The translations under genes and the position numbers were made by a program. From assembly GCA_000433475.1 (NCBI GenBank), contig HF993102.1, positions 23,806 to 87,805 on the forward strand: a DNA stretch of 64,000 nucleotides. The letters are read 5' to 3'. Below the pieces are notes generated by a model that was not told the origin of the DNA, searched no databases, and worked only from the letters and a program-made list of their open reading frames with translations. The DNA comes from Mycoplasma sp. CAG:956. Its GTDB lineage: Bacteria; Bacillota_I; Bacilli_A; RF39; UBA660. Positions 38,022 through 47,768 of the stretch are shown here, in pieces (the first letter of the stretch is position 1; each line of letters begins with the position of its first letter).

Positions 38022-40643
38022 TTATTGTTCCTTATTAATTAATGATGCCTTGGCAGCAGCTAGTTTAGCAACGGGTATACGATATGCCGATGCAGAAATA
38101 TAAGAAAGGCCAATTTTATCAAAGAAGATAATTGATGATTCATCGGCAGCATGCTCACCACATACACCTAAAGAAATATTTGGCTTAATACTTTTAGACA
38201 TTTTTGTAGCAATTTTAACTAAAGTTCCTACTCCGTTTGTATCAAGACTCATAAAAGGGTCTTTTTCTAAAATATTTTTAGCATAATAATCTTTTAAGAA
38301 TTTGGCAGCATCATCTCTAGAAAAGCCGAATGTTAATTGAGTTAAATCATTTGTACCAAAAGAGAAGAAATCGCAAACATCTGCTAATTCATCAGCTAAA
38401 ATGGCTGCTCTTGGTACTTCGATCATAGCACCAATTTGATAATTAATTTGCATGCCTTTTTTCTCTAAAACACGTTTAATTTCTTTTTCAACAATATCTT
38501 TTATATAAATAAATTCTTTTTTATCCATAATAAGTGGTAACATAATTTCAACGATTGGATCAATACCTTCTTTTTTGACGTTGCAAGCAGCACTGATAAC
38601 AGCATTAGTTTGCATAACAGCAATTTCTGGATAAGTTATATCAAGTCTTGAACCACGATGTCCCATCATTGGATTAAATTCTTTTAAACTATCTATTTTT
38701 AATTTTAAGGCTTCTGGTGTAGTATTTAAAGCTTTAGCTAATTCTTCTATTTCATAATCTTCTTTTGGTAAAAATTCATGTAATGGTGGATCTAAATAGC
38801 GAATAACAACTGGTAAACCAGAATTTAGGCGATATAGTTCTTCAAAGTCTTTTTCTTGATATGGTAATAATGATACTAGTGCCTGTAAACGTGTCTTTTT
38901 ATCATTTGCAAGTATCATCTGTCTAAATTTAAATATTCTAGTTTTTTCAAAGAACATGTGTTCAGTACGAACAAGTCCGATGCCCTCAGCTCCAAATGAT
39001 TTAGCTATTTCCATATCCTTTTTAGTATCAGCATTAGCGCGAACGCCTAGATTTTTAATATCATTGCACATATTTAAAAGTTCATTAATAGATGTATTAC
39101 TGCTAATGTTTTCTAATTCAATTTCACCCTTATAAACATTACCTGTTGTACCATCAATCGAAATAATATCACCTTCGTGTAACACTTCCCTTTTATTAGT
39201 AATTAATGTATTATTTGCAATATCCATATTACTGCAACCACTAACGCAACAAATACCCATACCACGAGCTACAACAGCAGCATGAGAAGTCATACCACCG
39301 CGGATAGTTAAAATGCCCTCGGCATAATGCATTCCCTCAATATCTTCAGGACTTGTTTCATGACGTACTAAGACAGTTTTAATGCCTTCCTTAGATTTTT
39401 TTATAGCATCTTGAGCTTCAAAAACAATCTGACCACAAGCAGCTCCAGGACTGGCTGCAAGTCCTTGACCTATTATTGTAGCTGTCTTTAAGCTGTCAGC
39501 ATTAAATACTTTATGTAGAGCTTGAGTAATATCATCGATGCTTACTCTTCTAATAGCTTCTTCTTTACTGATTTTTCCTTCACGAACTAAAGAGGTTGCA
39601 ATATTAACTGATGCTAAACCAGTTCTTTTGCCAGTACGAGTTTGTAACATATAAAGTTTACCATCTTCGATAGTAAATTCCATATCTTGCATATCCTTAT
39701 AGTAGTCTTCTAACTTTTTAGCAACAGATATAAACTCTTCATAAACAAGGGGCATAATATTTTTTAAAGTTTCAATACTTTGTGGAGTTCTAATTCCAGC
39801 AACAACATCTTCTCCTTGAGCATTAATTAAATATTCTCCGAATATTTTAGCCTCACCATTAATAGGACTTCTTGTAAAGGCAACTCCTGTACCAGAATTA
39901 TTATTTTTATTACCATAAACCATTTCTTGAATATTAACAGCTGTTCCCCAATCATCAGGAATATTATTAATCTTGCGATAATATATAGCTCTACTATTAT
40001 TCCATGATTTAAACACAGCTCCAATTGCCATAATTAATTGACGAGTTGTATCCATAGGGAATTCTTCGTTAGTTAATTCTTGATACATCTCTTTATATTT
40101 TAAAGTTATTTTATACCAATCATCACCAGTTAATTCAACATCGTTTTCATAGTTATGTTCTTTTTTATAAGTTGTTAAATATTCTTCAAATATACTTTTA
40201 TCTTTACCCATAACAACATCAGCAAACATCATGATTAAACGGCGATAAGAATCATAAACAAATCTTTCGTTATTGGTTATTCTAGCAAAAGAAGCTGCTA
40301 CTTCATCATTAAGTCCTAAGTTAAGAATAGTATCCATCATTCCCGGCATACTACTTCTAGCCCCACTTCTTACAGATACTAATAGTGGTTTATTAACATC
40401 TCCTAAGATTTTGCCAGTTCTTTGTTCTAAACTAGTTAAATGCTTATAAATCTCTTCTTCTAAGGTTACAGAAATTGTTTCGGCATCGTCATAGTATTTA
40501 TTGCAGGCTTTAGTTGTAATAATAAAACCATCAGGTACTGGCAAGCCTAGATTTTTCATTGAAGCTAAATTGGCGCCTTTACCACCTAGTAATTCTTTCA
40601 TATCTTTTGTGCCTTCACTGAAGTCATACACAAATTTTTCCAT
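38022..40643 (-). CDS. ppdK: Pyruvate, phosphate dikinase
   Basis: 873 aa. Phosphohistidine motif 'GGMTSHAAVVARGMG'; PEP-utilising and ATP-grasp regions. Confidence 0.95.
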   Translation of the reverse strand: MEKFVYDFSEGTKDMKELLGGKGANLASMKNLGLPVPDGFIITTKACNKYYDDAETISVTLEEEIYKHLTSLEQRTGKILGDVNKPLLVSVRSGARSSMPGMMDTILNLGLNDEVAASFARITNNERFVYDSYRRLIMMFADVVMGKDKSIFEEYLTTYKKEHNYENDVELTGDDWYKITLKYKEMYQELTNEEFPMDTTRQLIMAIGAVFKSWNNSRAIYYRKINNIPDDWGTAVNIQEMVYGNKNNNSGTGVAFTRSPINGEAKIFGEYLINAQGEDVVAGIRTPQSIETLKNIMPLVYEEFISVAKKLEDYYKDMQDMEFTIEDGKLYMLQTRTGKRTGLASVNIATSLVREGKISKEEAIRRVSIDDITQALHKVFNADSLKTATIIGQGLAASPGAACGQIVFEAQDAIKKSKEGIKTVLVRHETSPEDIEGMHYAEGILTIRGGMTSHAAVVARGMGICCVSGCSNMDIANNTLITNKREVLHEGDIISIDGTTGNVYKGEIELENISSNTSINELLNMCNDIKNLGVRANADTKKDMEIAKSFGAEGIGLVRTEHMFFEKTRIFKFRQMILANDKKTRLQALVSLLPYQEKDFEELYRLNSGLPVVIRYLDPPLHEFLPKEDYEIEELAKALNTTPEALKLKIDSLKEFNPMMGHRGSRLDITYPEIAVMQTNAVISAACNVKKEGIDPIVEIMLPLIMDKKEFIYIKDIVEKEIKRVLEKKGMQINYQIGAMIEVPRAAILADELADVCDFFSFGTNDLTQLTFGFSRDDAAKFLKDYYAKNILEKDPFMSLDTNGVGTLVKIATKMSKSIKPNISLGVCGEHAADESSIIFFDKIGLSYISASAYRIPVAKLAAAKASLINKEQ

Positions 40644-40727
40644 TTTTTATTCTCCTTCTATTCTAATTAAATATAGCATTTTTCTAAAAATTTTACTACT
40701 AATTTTTTATCAATTTTTAATTTATAA

Positions 40728-41657
40728 TTATCTTTTAAAAGCTTTTAAATATTCTTGTCTTACTACTTCATTAGTAACATGCGTATATATTCCCGTTGTT
40801 GATAGTGATTTATGTCCGAGTAATTCTTGAACACTTCTTATATCACAACCATTGTTTAACATTTCAGTTGCAAAAGAGTGTCTTAGAGTATGAGGACTAA
40901 TCTTTTGACGTAGCAGGGCTTTTTTAGAAATATCACTTATTAAATATTCAACTCCTCGTCTTGTTAATCTAGTATAATTTTTATTTAGAAATAAGTATTC
41001 TTTATCAACAATATTTATGTTTCTTCTTAAATTTAAATAGTCTTCTAAGTAATTTTTAGCATAATCTCCGTAATAAACTATTCTTTCTTTATTACCCTTT
41101 CCTAAGACTTTTATACTTTGTTCTTTTTTATTAATATTATTAATTTCAATATTTACAGCTTCACTTACTCTTAGACCAGTATCAAATAAAATTTCTAGTA
41201 ATAAGAGATTTCTTGCTTTTAAAAATTCGTTTTCTTCCTTTTCTACTATAGCAAGCAAACTCATGTACTCGGAATAATTAATAAAATTAGGTAGTCTTTT
41301 TTCTTTACGTGGACGATTAATATCTTCAAAGTAATTATACTTAGTAACCTTACATTTTGTTAAATAGTTATAATAATCATTAAGACTACTTAAAATACGG
41401 TTAATACTACTATTTTTATATTTTTTTTCATCTAAGTATTTTAAATAACTCCTTATTACTTCATGGTTAACATCTTTATAATTTAGCTTTTGAATATGCA
41501 AATATTCTAAAAAAATATTAATATCACTTATATAACTATTAATAGTATTTAAACTATATTTTCTAACATTTTTTAAATAATTTTCAAAATCTTTTAACAT
41601 ATTTATCCTAAAAAAATAGGTCTTTAGACCTATATTCAAGTTGGTGCAAGCCAACAA
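40728..41657 (-). CDS. Tyrosine site-specific recombinase, XerC/XerD family
   Basis: C-terminal 'HTLRHSFATEML...LGHKSLSTTGIYTHV' (R-H-R-Y catalytic set). N-terminal SAM-like core-binding domain. Confidence 0.8.
   Translation of the reverse strand: MLACTNLNIGLKTYFFRINMLKDFENYLKNVRKYSLNTINSYISDINIFLEYLHIQKLNYKDVNHEVIRSYLKYLDEKKYKNSSINRILSSLNDYYNYLTKCKVTKYNYFEDINRPRKEKRLPNFINYSEYMSLLAIVEKEENEFLKARNLLLLEILFDTGLRVSEAVNIEINNINKKEQSIKVLGKGNKERIVYYGDYAKNYLEDYLNLRRNINIVDKEYLFLNKNYTRLTRRGVEYLISDISKKALLRQKISPHTLRHSFATEMLNNGCDIRSVQELLGHKSLSTTGIYTHVTNEVVRQEYLKAFKR
41616..41640 (-). terminator. rho-independent terminator after deoD
   Basis: Perfect palindrome TAGGTCTTTAGACCTA followed by U7 on the minus strand. 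Confidence 0.5.
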
Positions 41658-41663
41658 CCCTTT

Positions 41664-42395
41664 TTATTTTATTATAGCATCTAGTGCAAGTGTAATCATG
41701 TCGTCTAGTGATTTTTCACGGTCTTCAATTGGTAAAACAACATCACTAAATTTAGAATCAACGGCAGTTACTATCGCTGTTGCTTCCTTTTTAAATGAGT
41801 TAGCAACATGAACAAGAGCATAAGCTTCCATTTCCTCAGCAATTGGTTTAACATCTTCAGGGATTCTTTTTAAAACATTATCCATGTTAATATAAGGACC
41901 AAAGGCATCACATGTAAGCATGGTGCCAATGTGTAATTTTTTTCCTTGTTCTTTAGCGGTTGCTATGATATTTTCATTTAATTTTTTGCTTGGATAAACC
42001 ATATTTTTATCATAACCATCATAATTGTAAGCAAAGTTTGATAAACTAAAGATATCATCAGCAAGTATTAATTCTGGCACGTTAATATCCTTAGTTACAA
42101 CTCCACAGGTACCAATGCGAATGATTTTTTCAACATTAAAATAATAAAATAATTCAAAGGCATAAATGCTCATACTAGGCATTCCCATACCACTACCCAT
42201 GATTGTTATCTCATGATTTTTATAAGTTCCTGTAAAGCCAAACATATTACGAACGCTAGTAACCATTCTAGCATTTTTTAAAAACTTTTCAGCTATATAT
42301 TTTGCTCTTAGTGGGTCACCAGGCATTAATACTAAAGGTGCTATATCTTTTTTATTTTTTACTTTAATATGAATAGGTTCTTCTTGTGGTTTCAT
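41664..42395 (-). CDS. deoD: Purine nucleoside phosphorylase DeoD-type
   Basis: 'LVLMPGDPLRAKYIAEKFL...FGFTGTYK...GMGMPSMSIY' matches DeoD nearly residue for residue. Confidence 0.9.
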   Translation of the reverse strand: MKPQEEPIHIKVKNKKDIAPLVLMPGDPLRAKYIAEKFLKNARMVTSVRNMFGFTGTYKNHEITIMGSGMGMPSMSIYAFELFYYFNVEKIIRIGTCGVVTKDINVPELILADDIFSLSNFAYNYDGYDKNMVYPSKKLNENIIATAKEQGKKLHIGTMLTCDAFGPYINMDNVLKRIPEDVKPIAEEMEAYALVHVANSFKKEATAIVTAVDSKFSDVVLPIEDREKSLDDMITLALDAIIK

Positions 42396-42625
42396 TTTTT
42401 CTATCCTCCTATGATTACATTATAGCTTAAATTTACTAATAATAAAACTAAAAATTACAAAAAAGCTATTTTTTTTAAGAAAAAATCTTTACAAATTACT
42501 ATCTTTTTAGTAATCTAAAACAACGTAAATAATTTTATGGCTTTATATACTTATATAAGAAATATTTTAGAAAGGAATTAAAATTAAGAAAATTTTATTT
42601 ATCTTATAATTAATTAAAAATTAAT

Positions 42626-42928
42626 ATGTTAGGAAAAATCGTAATTAGTGTTAATAAAAATTATTACTTTTTAGAAATTAATGGTTTTTCAAGGAAAACT
42701 AAGGATAACACAGTAATTCTTGATATTTTAAATAAAAATTATGGTCATTTAATTAACTATAAAAAAAGTGGCAATGATTTAGTCTTAAATTTTGAACGAA
42801 TAGTTATCGTCATTAAAAGTATAAGAAATATTAATAAGCTTGGCAACGATGATACTCTTTTTAATTATGTTGCCTCTTTTAAAGATGAAAAGTTAATGAG
42901 GTTAGTAAAGATTAAGCAAAAAAATTAA
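42626..42928 (+). CDS. hypothetical protein (100 aa)
   Basis: ORF only. No motif. Confidence 0.3.
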   Translation: MLGKIVISVNKNYYFLEINGFSRKTKDNTVILDILNKNYGHLINYKKSGNDLVLNFERIVIVIKSIRNINKLGNDDTLFNYVASFKDEKLMRLVKIKQKN

Positions 42929-43626
42929 TCTTTATTTTTTTTAATAAATTCTCTTAATATTTTACTTATAGCACGTTTTTCAATTCGGGAAACATAGCTT
43001 CTTGAAATACGCATTTCTTTAGCAATTTCTTTTTGAGTCATTGCTTTTTTATTATTAAGACCATATCTTTTAATAATAATATCTTGCTCTCTTTTATTTA
43101 ACTCAGCTATAAATTGTTTTAAAAGATTAATATTATCTTTTAAATACAGTTCTTCTTCAATTGGTTTGCTTTTATCTTTGATAACATCTTTTAGGTTTAT
43201 TTTGTTGCCTTCTTTATCAGTACCAATATAATCGTCCAGTGATACTGTATTTTGAAATTTTCTAGAAGAACGATAATACATTAAAATTTCATTTTCAATA
43301 CAACGGGCGGCATAAGTAGTTATTTTAATGTTTTTGTTACTCTGATAAGAATCGATGCCTTTAATTAGTCCAATGGTTCCAATGCTTATCAAATCGTCAG
43401 TAAGTCCAAGAGGAGGGTTAAATTTTTTAACTATATGGGCAACCAAGCGAAGATTATGCTCAATTAAGATATTTCTGGCTTCTTTATCACCTTGTTGCAT
43501 TAAAGTAATGTATTTTTCCTCTTCATCGCTGGTTAAGGGATCTTTAAAAACAGTATTAGAATAACTTCCCGTAAAGAAGAAAATGTTTTTAATGAAATTA
43601 ATAAGTAAATTTAGCAATATTATCAC
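42925..43626 (-). CDS. sigK: Sporulation sigma factor SigK (pro-sigmaK with N-terminal pro-sequence), uninterrupted
   Basis: 'NILIEHNLRLVAHIVKKF...LISIGTIGLIKGIDSY...DKEGNKINLKDV...ISRSYVSRIEKRA' matches B. subtilis SigK. Pro-sequence '...FFFTGSYSNTVFKDPL'. GTG or TTG start. Confidence 0.85.
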   Translation of the reverse strand: MIILLNLLINFIKNIFFFTGSYSNTVFKDPLTSDEEEKYITLMQQGDKEARNILIEHNLRLVAHIVKKFNPPLGLTDDLISIGTIGLIKGIDSYQSNKNIKITTYAARCIENEILMYYRSSRKFQNTVSLDDYIGTDKEGNKINLKDVIKDKSKPIEEELYLKDNINLLKQFIAELNKREQDIIIKRYGLNNKKAMTQKEIAKEMRISRSYVSRIEKRAISKILREFIKKNKD

Positions 43627-43677
43627 CTACTAAATTGTATTTTTATTCATAAAAAAAAGAACTAGATAGCAACATGA

Positions 43678-44145
43678 TTAATATTCAATATCATCATATT
43701 TGTCTAATAGTTCTTTTTGTTCTTTAATTATATTCATTACTCGATTTCGATATACGATAGTGTCTCTTTTAATTGCATCGGCATCATCTTGAATTTTTTG
43801 AGCCTTAAGCAAGGCATCGTTAATAATTCTTGAGGCATTTTTCTTAGCATCTTCTACAATTGCCTGCGATTCATCATTTGCAGATTTCCTTATGGTTTGA
43901 TTTGATTCTTCAGCAAGGACCAAAGTTCTTCTTAGAGTTCCTTCAATGTTTTTATATTGCTCTAGTTGACTTTCCAGTTTGCTATTATCATCTCTTAATT
44001 TTTTCATTTCTTCGTTAGTTTGCTTTAGCTTATCTAACATGCTTTCATATTCGTTAGTAACATTGCTTATAAACTCATTAACTTCGTTTTTATTGTAGCC
44101 ATAAAAAGACATCCCAAATGTTTTAGGCATAATCCCCCACCTCAA
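43678..44145 (-). CDS. divIVA: DivIVA-domain protein
   Basis: 'MPKTFGMSFYGYNKNEVNEFISNV' matches DivIVA 'MP...KTF..SFRGYDEDEVNEF', followed by a coiled coil. The likely start is the ATG at 44130; the track start is TTG. Confidence 0.7.
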   Translation of the reverse strand: MRWGIMPKTFGMSFYGYNKNEVNEFISNVTNEYESMLDKLKQTNEEMKKLRDDNSKLESQLEQYKNIEGTLRRTLVLAEESNQTIRKSANDESQAIVEDAKKNASRIINDALLKAQKIQDDADAIKRDTIVYRNRVMNIIKEQKELLDKYDDIEY

Positions 44146-44156
44146 TTTTTATTAAA

Positions 44157-44561
44157 TTACCACTTCACTTCCTCATTTGCTTCTTCATCGGCAACTGATG
44201 AATCTTCCGTGATTTTTCCTTGTACATTTACATTATTAGGTGCACACAAATAGATACCTACACCAACTTTTTGCATAGTGCCACCTATGGCATAGATACA
44301 TCCACTTAAAAAGTCAATAATTCTCTTAGCTTGATCAGAAGTCACCCTTTTCAAGTTAACAACAACACTATTTCTCTTTTTTAAGTGATCAGCAATTTGT
44401 TGTGATTCTGAATAGGCACGAGGCTCTAATAAAATCATTTTTGAGCCACCGTTTTTGCTGCCCGTTGCTTCCTCTTCTGTTGCTGTATAAAATTCGTCTT
44501 CAGTTTGAAGAGAATTATCATCACCATCTAACCCCATCATTTTCTTTAAATTTAAAGCCAT
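44157..44561 (-). CDS. sepF: Cell division protein SepF
   Basis: '[31 protein letters not shown]...[17 protein letters not shown]' is the SepF core. Strong SD. Confidence 0.85.
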   Translation of the reverse strand: MALNLKKMMGLDGDDNSLQTEDEFYTATEEEATGSKNGGSKMILLEPRAYSESQQIADHLKKRNSVVVNLKRVTSDQAKRIIDFLSGCIYAIGGTMQKVGVGIYLCAPNNVNVQGKITEDSSVADEEANEEVKW

Positions 44562-44591
44562 AACTAAATCTCCTTACTTTATCTAACAACA

Positions 44592-44620
44592 ATTATACAT
44601 AAAATAAGCATTTTTTGCAA
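44592..44620 (-). promoter_or_regulatory. sigmaA promoter for sepF (and possibly divIVA-sigK)
   Basis: TTGCAA, 17 nt, TGTATAAT (consensus -10 with TGn extension). Confidence 0.55.
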
Positions 44621-44693
44621 TTCTTTTATGACTTTCAGTGCTTATTTATAATATCAAATTGTTTTTAATTTAGCAACCACAAATTTATTTTTT

Positions 44694-46079
44694 TTAAAAT
44701 TTAACAGCATTTTTAATGTATTCTTTTAAGTCACTAACTTTAACTTTTTCCTGAGTCATTGTATCACGATTACGGACTGTAACAATATTATCATTAATCG
44801 TTTCATCATCAACTGTAATGCAAAATGGAACACCAATAGCATCGCATCTTCTATAACGTTTACCGATACTACCTGCATCATCATAAGAAACATAAAAATC
44901 TCTTAACAAATCAGAATAAATCTCATTTGCTTTTTGACTATGAACTTTTTTAACTAATGGTAAAATTGTAGCTTTAAATGGTGCTAATGCTGGTATTAGA
45001 TGTAGTACTTCTCTTTCGGTACCATTTTCTAATACTTGACGTTCATAGGCATCGCATAAAACAGCTAAGAATAATCTTTCAACCCCAACACTTGGTTCAA
45101 TAACATAAGGTAAATATCTTTCATTAGTTTCTGGATCAATATATCTTAAATCTTTCTTTGAATGTTCCATGTGAGTTGATAAATCATAATCAGTTCTATC
45201 AGCAATCCCCCATAATTCTCCCCAGCCGAATGGATAATGATATTCAATATCAGTTGTAGCCTTTGAGTAGAATGATAATTCTTGTTTTTCATGATCACGA
45301 TTTCTTAAATTTTCTGGTTTTATTCCTAAATCTTTTAAGAAACTATTGCAATATGATTTATAGAAGCCAAACCATTCTAAATCACTATCAGGTTTACAGA
45401 AAAATTCTAATTCCATTTGTTCAAATTCACGAACACGAAATATAAAGTTACCTGGTGTTATTTCATTTCTAAAACTCTTACCAATTTGTCCAATACCAAA
45501 TGGTACTTTAGCACGCATTGTTCTTTGAACATTTAAGAAATTAACAAATATTCCTTGAGCAGTTTCACCACGTAAATAAATTTTGTTTTTAGTATCTTCG
45601 GTTACACCTTGACTTGTTTCAAATAACAAATTAAATTGACGAATATCAGTAAAATCACAAGCGCCACATTTTGGACAACAAATATTATGTTCTTTAATGT
45701 AGTTAGTAAGTTCTTCATTACTCCAACCATCAGCACTACCACTGATATTATTTTTAGCAAAATATTCTTCAATTAATTTATCAGCCCTACTTCTTGCCTT
45801 ACATTTACGGCAATCAATTAAGGGGTCTGCAAAAGATGCTACATGACCAGATGCTACCCAAACGTTAGGATTCATTAAAATAGCGGCATCAAGACCATAA
45901 TTGTATTTATTTTCAACAATAAACTTTTTCCACCAACATTTTTTTATGTTTTCTTTTAATTCTCTTCCTAAAGGTCCAAAATCCCAAGTATTGGCAAGTC
46001 CACCATAAATTTCACTACCAGGAAATATATACCCATATTGTTTGCAAAAATTAACTATATCTTCCATATTATTTTTCAT
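44694..46079 (-). CDS. glyQS: Glycine--tRNA ligase, alpha2 homodimeric type
   Basis: 'IVNFCKQYGYIFPGSEIYGGLANTWDFGPLG' N-terminus typical of GlyQS. Class II motifs. SD GGAGGA 9 nt upstream. Confidence 0.95.
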   Translation of the reverse strand: MKNNMEDIVNFCKQYGYIFPGSEIYGGLANTWDFGPLGRELKENIKKCWWKKFIVENKYNYGLDAAILMNPNVWVASGHVASFADPLIDCRKCKARSRADKLIEEYFAKNNISGSADGWSNEELTNYIKEHNICCPKCGACDFTDIRQFNLLFETSQGVTEDTKNKIYLRGETAQGIFVNFLNVQRTMRAKVPFGIGQIGKSFRNEITPGNFIFRVREFEQMELEFFCKPDSDLEWFGFYKSYCNSFLKDLGIKPENLRNRDHEKQELSFYSKATTDIEYHYPFGWGELWGIADRTDYDLSTHMEHSKKDLRYIDPETNERYLPYVIEPSVGVERLFLAVLCDAYERQVLENGTEREVLHLIPALAPFKATILPLVKKVHSQKANEIYSDLLRDFYVSYDDAGSIGKRYRRCDAIGVPFCITVDDETINDNIVTVRNRDTMTQEKVKVSDLKEYIKNAVKF

Positions 46080-46779
46080 ATTTAAAATCCTCCAATTTCA
46101 ATTGATGACAATTAACATTTTTTAAATTTTCTTTACAATCAGCACAGCTAATAATTATCGGAAAAACATTTTTTTCATCTCCTGTAAAACTAACATGAGT
46201 ATTAAAAACTGTAATATCAGTACTAACTGGCTTATTAAATTGATAATTTATTCTAATATCATTGTGTTTAGATACAAATTCTAATAAATAGCTAACTAAG
46301 TTTGGCATTTCTAAATCTAGTAAGTGGTTAGATTCAAAAACAATTTTTTTAGTATATTTATCAGTTACGATAATTTTATCTTTTCTTAAATTAATTTCTA
46401 AAAGACCATTGCCTATTTTTATTAAATTAAAGAGACTTCTTTTTACCGCTATTACTAAATAAGCTTTAATTTCATTATTATAACTACTTAATAACGTTTT
46501 TTCTATTTCTAAAACTTTACCATCATTTCTAATTATAATATCAACATCACTATTATTAGGGTGTGGCTGCCAAGCGATAATATCACTTCTTAAAAAGTCT
46601 GATACTATATCCTTTTTTATATCTTCTCTTTTTGGCAAGCCAATATCTAAAATATCTTTAGCATCATAAACTTTATCATGAAAGCCATAACACTTAATGC
46701 TATTTTTTCTAATAACTACTGCTTTATAGTCTCCAACTAGAGCTCTTAGTACTTCTATATCCAAAACAACCACCATCAA
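46069..46779 (-). CDS. hypothetical protein (236 aa) inserted between recO and glyQS and overlapping the glyQS start by 11 nt
   Basis: ORF with a C-terminal Cys/His cluster 'CADCKENLKNVNCH'. No family recognised. Confidence 0.45.
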   Translation of the reverse strand: MMVVVLDIEVLRALVGDYKAVVIRKNSIKCYGFHDKVYDAKDILDIGLPKREDIKKDIVSDFLRSDIIAWQPHPNNSDVDIIIRNDGKVLEIEKTLLSSYNNEIKAYLVIAVKRSLFNLIKIGNGLLEINLRKDKIIVTDKYTKKIVFESNHLLDLEMPNLVSYLLEFVSKHNDIRINYQFNKPVSTDITVFNTHVSFTGDEKNVFPIIISCADCKENLKNVNCHQLKLEDFKYEK

Positions 46780-46825
46780 CCTTTAACACCATTTAGTATA
46801 ATAAAACTTCATCTTTTTTGCAAGG

Positions 46826-47554
46826 TCACATAGCAAGTTTATTTAATAATTCTTTATTTTTAACATACAATCCAGTAAAAGTTTCATAATAATTACTTAA
46901 AAATAAGTTGATTTCAGTTTTAACCAAAGGACTAATTTTAATTTCTTTTATCTTAAGTATATCAATATTAGCATAGTTTCTTATCATTATGATTGTCTTT
47001 TTATTTACTAAATACTCTTTTTGGTAACAACTACGGCAAATTAAGCCTCCTAAAGAGCCATTTAAAGTTACGATATTATCACTATTACCACATTTAATGC
47101 AAGTCCTTAAATTTAAATTTATTCCTAAGTATTTTAAATATTTTATTTCTAAAATATTAGTAAGTACTAATGGGTCTAAATTTTCACTTATTTTTTTTAA
47201 AGTAGTAAGAAAAAGGTTTAATATTTCTTTATTATTATCTTGTTTTACTACTTGATAAGTTAGTGATCCTAAATAACTAAGGTAAGTTATTAATGTTATA
47301 TCCTGATGAAAATAAGTAAAATAATCTATAACGTCTATTTCTTTTAATGGAGAAAGCCCAGCTTTTTTATAAATTATAAAAAATTTAGCATAATTATAAA
47401 TTCTCGTTTTATTCAAAAATTTACTTTTAACTTTTTTAGATCCACGACAAAGAAGACCAATTAGGCCATATTCTTTAGTTAAAACTTGTAATATTTCACT
47501 GCTTTCTTTAAATGGAGTTACATATAAAATAATTCCTTCAACGCATTCTTCCAT
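46826..47554 (-). CDS. recO: DNA repair protein RecO
   Basis: N-terminal OB-fold region 'EGIILYVTPFKESSEILQVLT'. C-terminal zinc finger 'CIKCGN...CRSCY'. Confidence 0.8.
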   Translation of the reverse strand: MEECVEGIILYVTPFKESSEILQVLTKEYGLIGLLCRGSKKVKSKFLNKTRIYNYAKFFIIYKKAGLSPLKEIDVIDYFTYFHQDITLITYLSYLGSLTYQVVKQDNNKEILNLFLTTLKKISENLDPLVLTNILEIKYLKYLGINLNLRTCIKCGNSDNIVTLNGSLGGLICRSCYQKEYLVNKKTIIMIRNYANIDILKIKEIKISPLVKTEINLFLSNYYETFTGLYVKNKELLNKLAM

Positions 47555-47579
47555 TTTTACTACCTACTTTTTTGTAATG

Positions 47580-47660
47580 CTATTTATGTTTTTTATACTG
47601 TAAATAATATTCTATTTTCCCAGTTTTTTTAAATAATTCCCATAATTCATCTTTACTCAT
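47580..47660 (-). CDS. Unannotated YqzL-like small protein (26 aa)
   Basis: My own translation: MSKDELWELFKKTGKIEYYLQYKKHK, W..F..TG.I..YL pattern. AGGTGA RBS. It sits between era and recO exactly as yqzL does in Bacillus. Confidence 0.4.
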   Translation of the reverse strand: MSKDELWELFKKTGKIEYYLQYKKHK

Positions 47661-47768
47661 TTTTCATCACCTATTATTATAATGATGCAAGAAAAATAAT
47701 TTTATTCACATATTTTAGAAAAAAAGAAAGAAATTTTAACAATTATCCTTCTTTTTTTGTTTTATTTT

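Noticed and set aside
40728-41657. Tyrosine recombinase as a marker of an integrated mobile element.
   Set aside because: It is flanked by housekeeping ppdK and deoD with no phage or ICE genes or repeats. More likely chromosomal XerC/XerD.
39827-45445. ORFs 39827-40024, 40501-40830, 43355-43564, 45263-45445.
   Set aside because: They are antisense or out-of-frame inside ppdK, xerCD-like, sigK and glyQS.
46080-46200. Expected T-box upstream of glyQS.
   Set aside because: No GGUGGNACCGCG-like motif is visible. The upstream sequence is coding for the 236-aa ORF.
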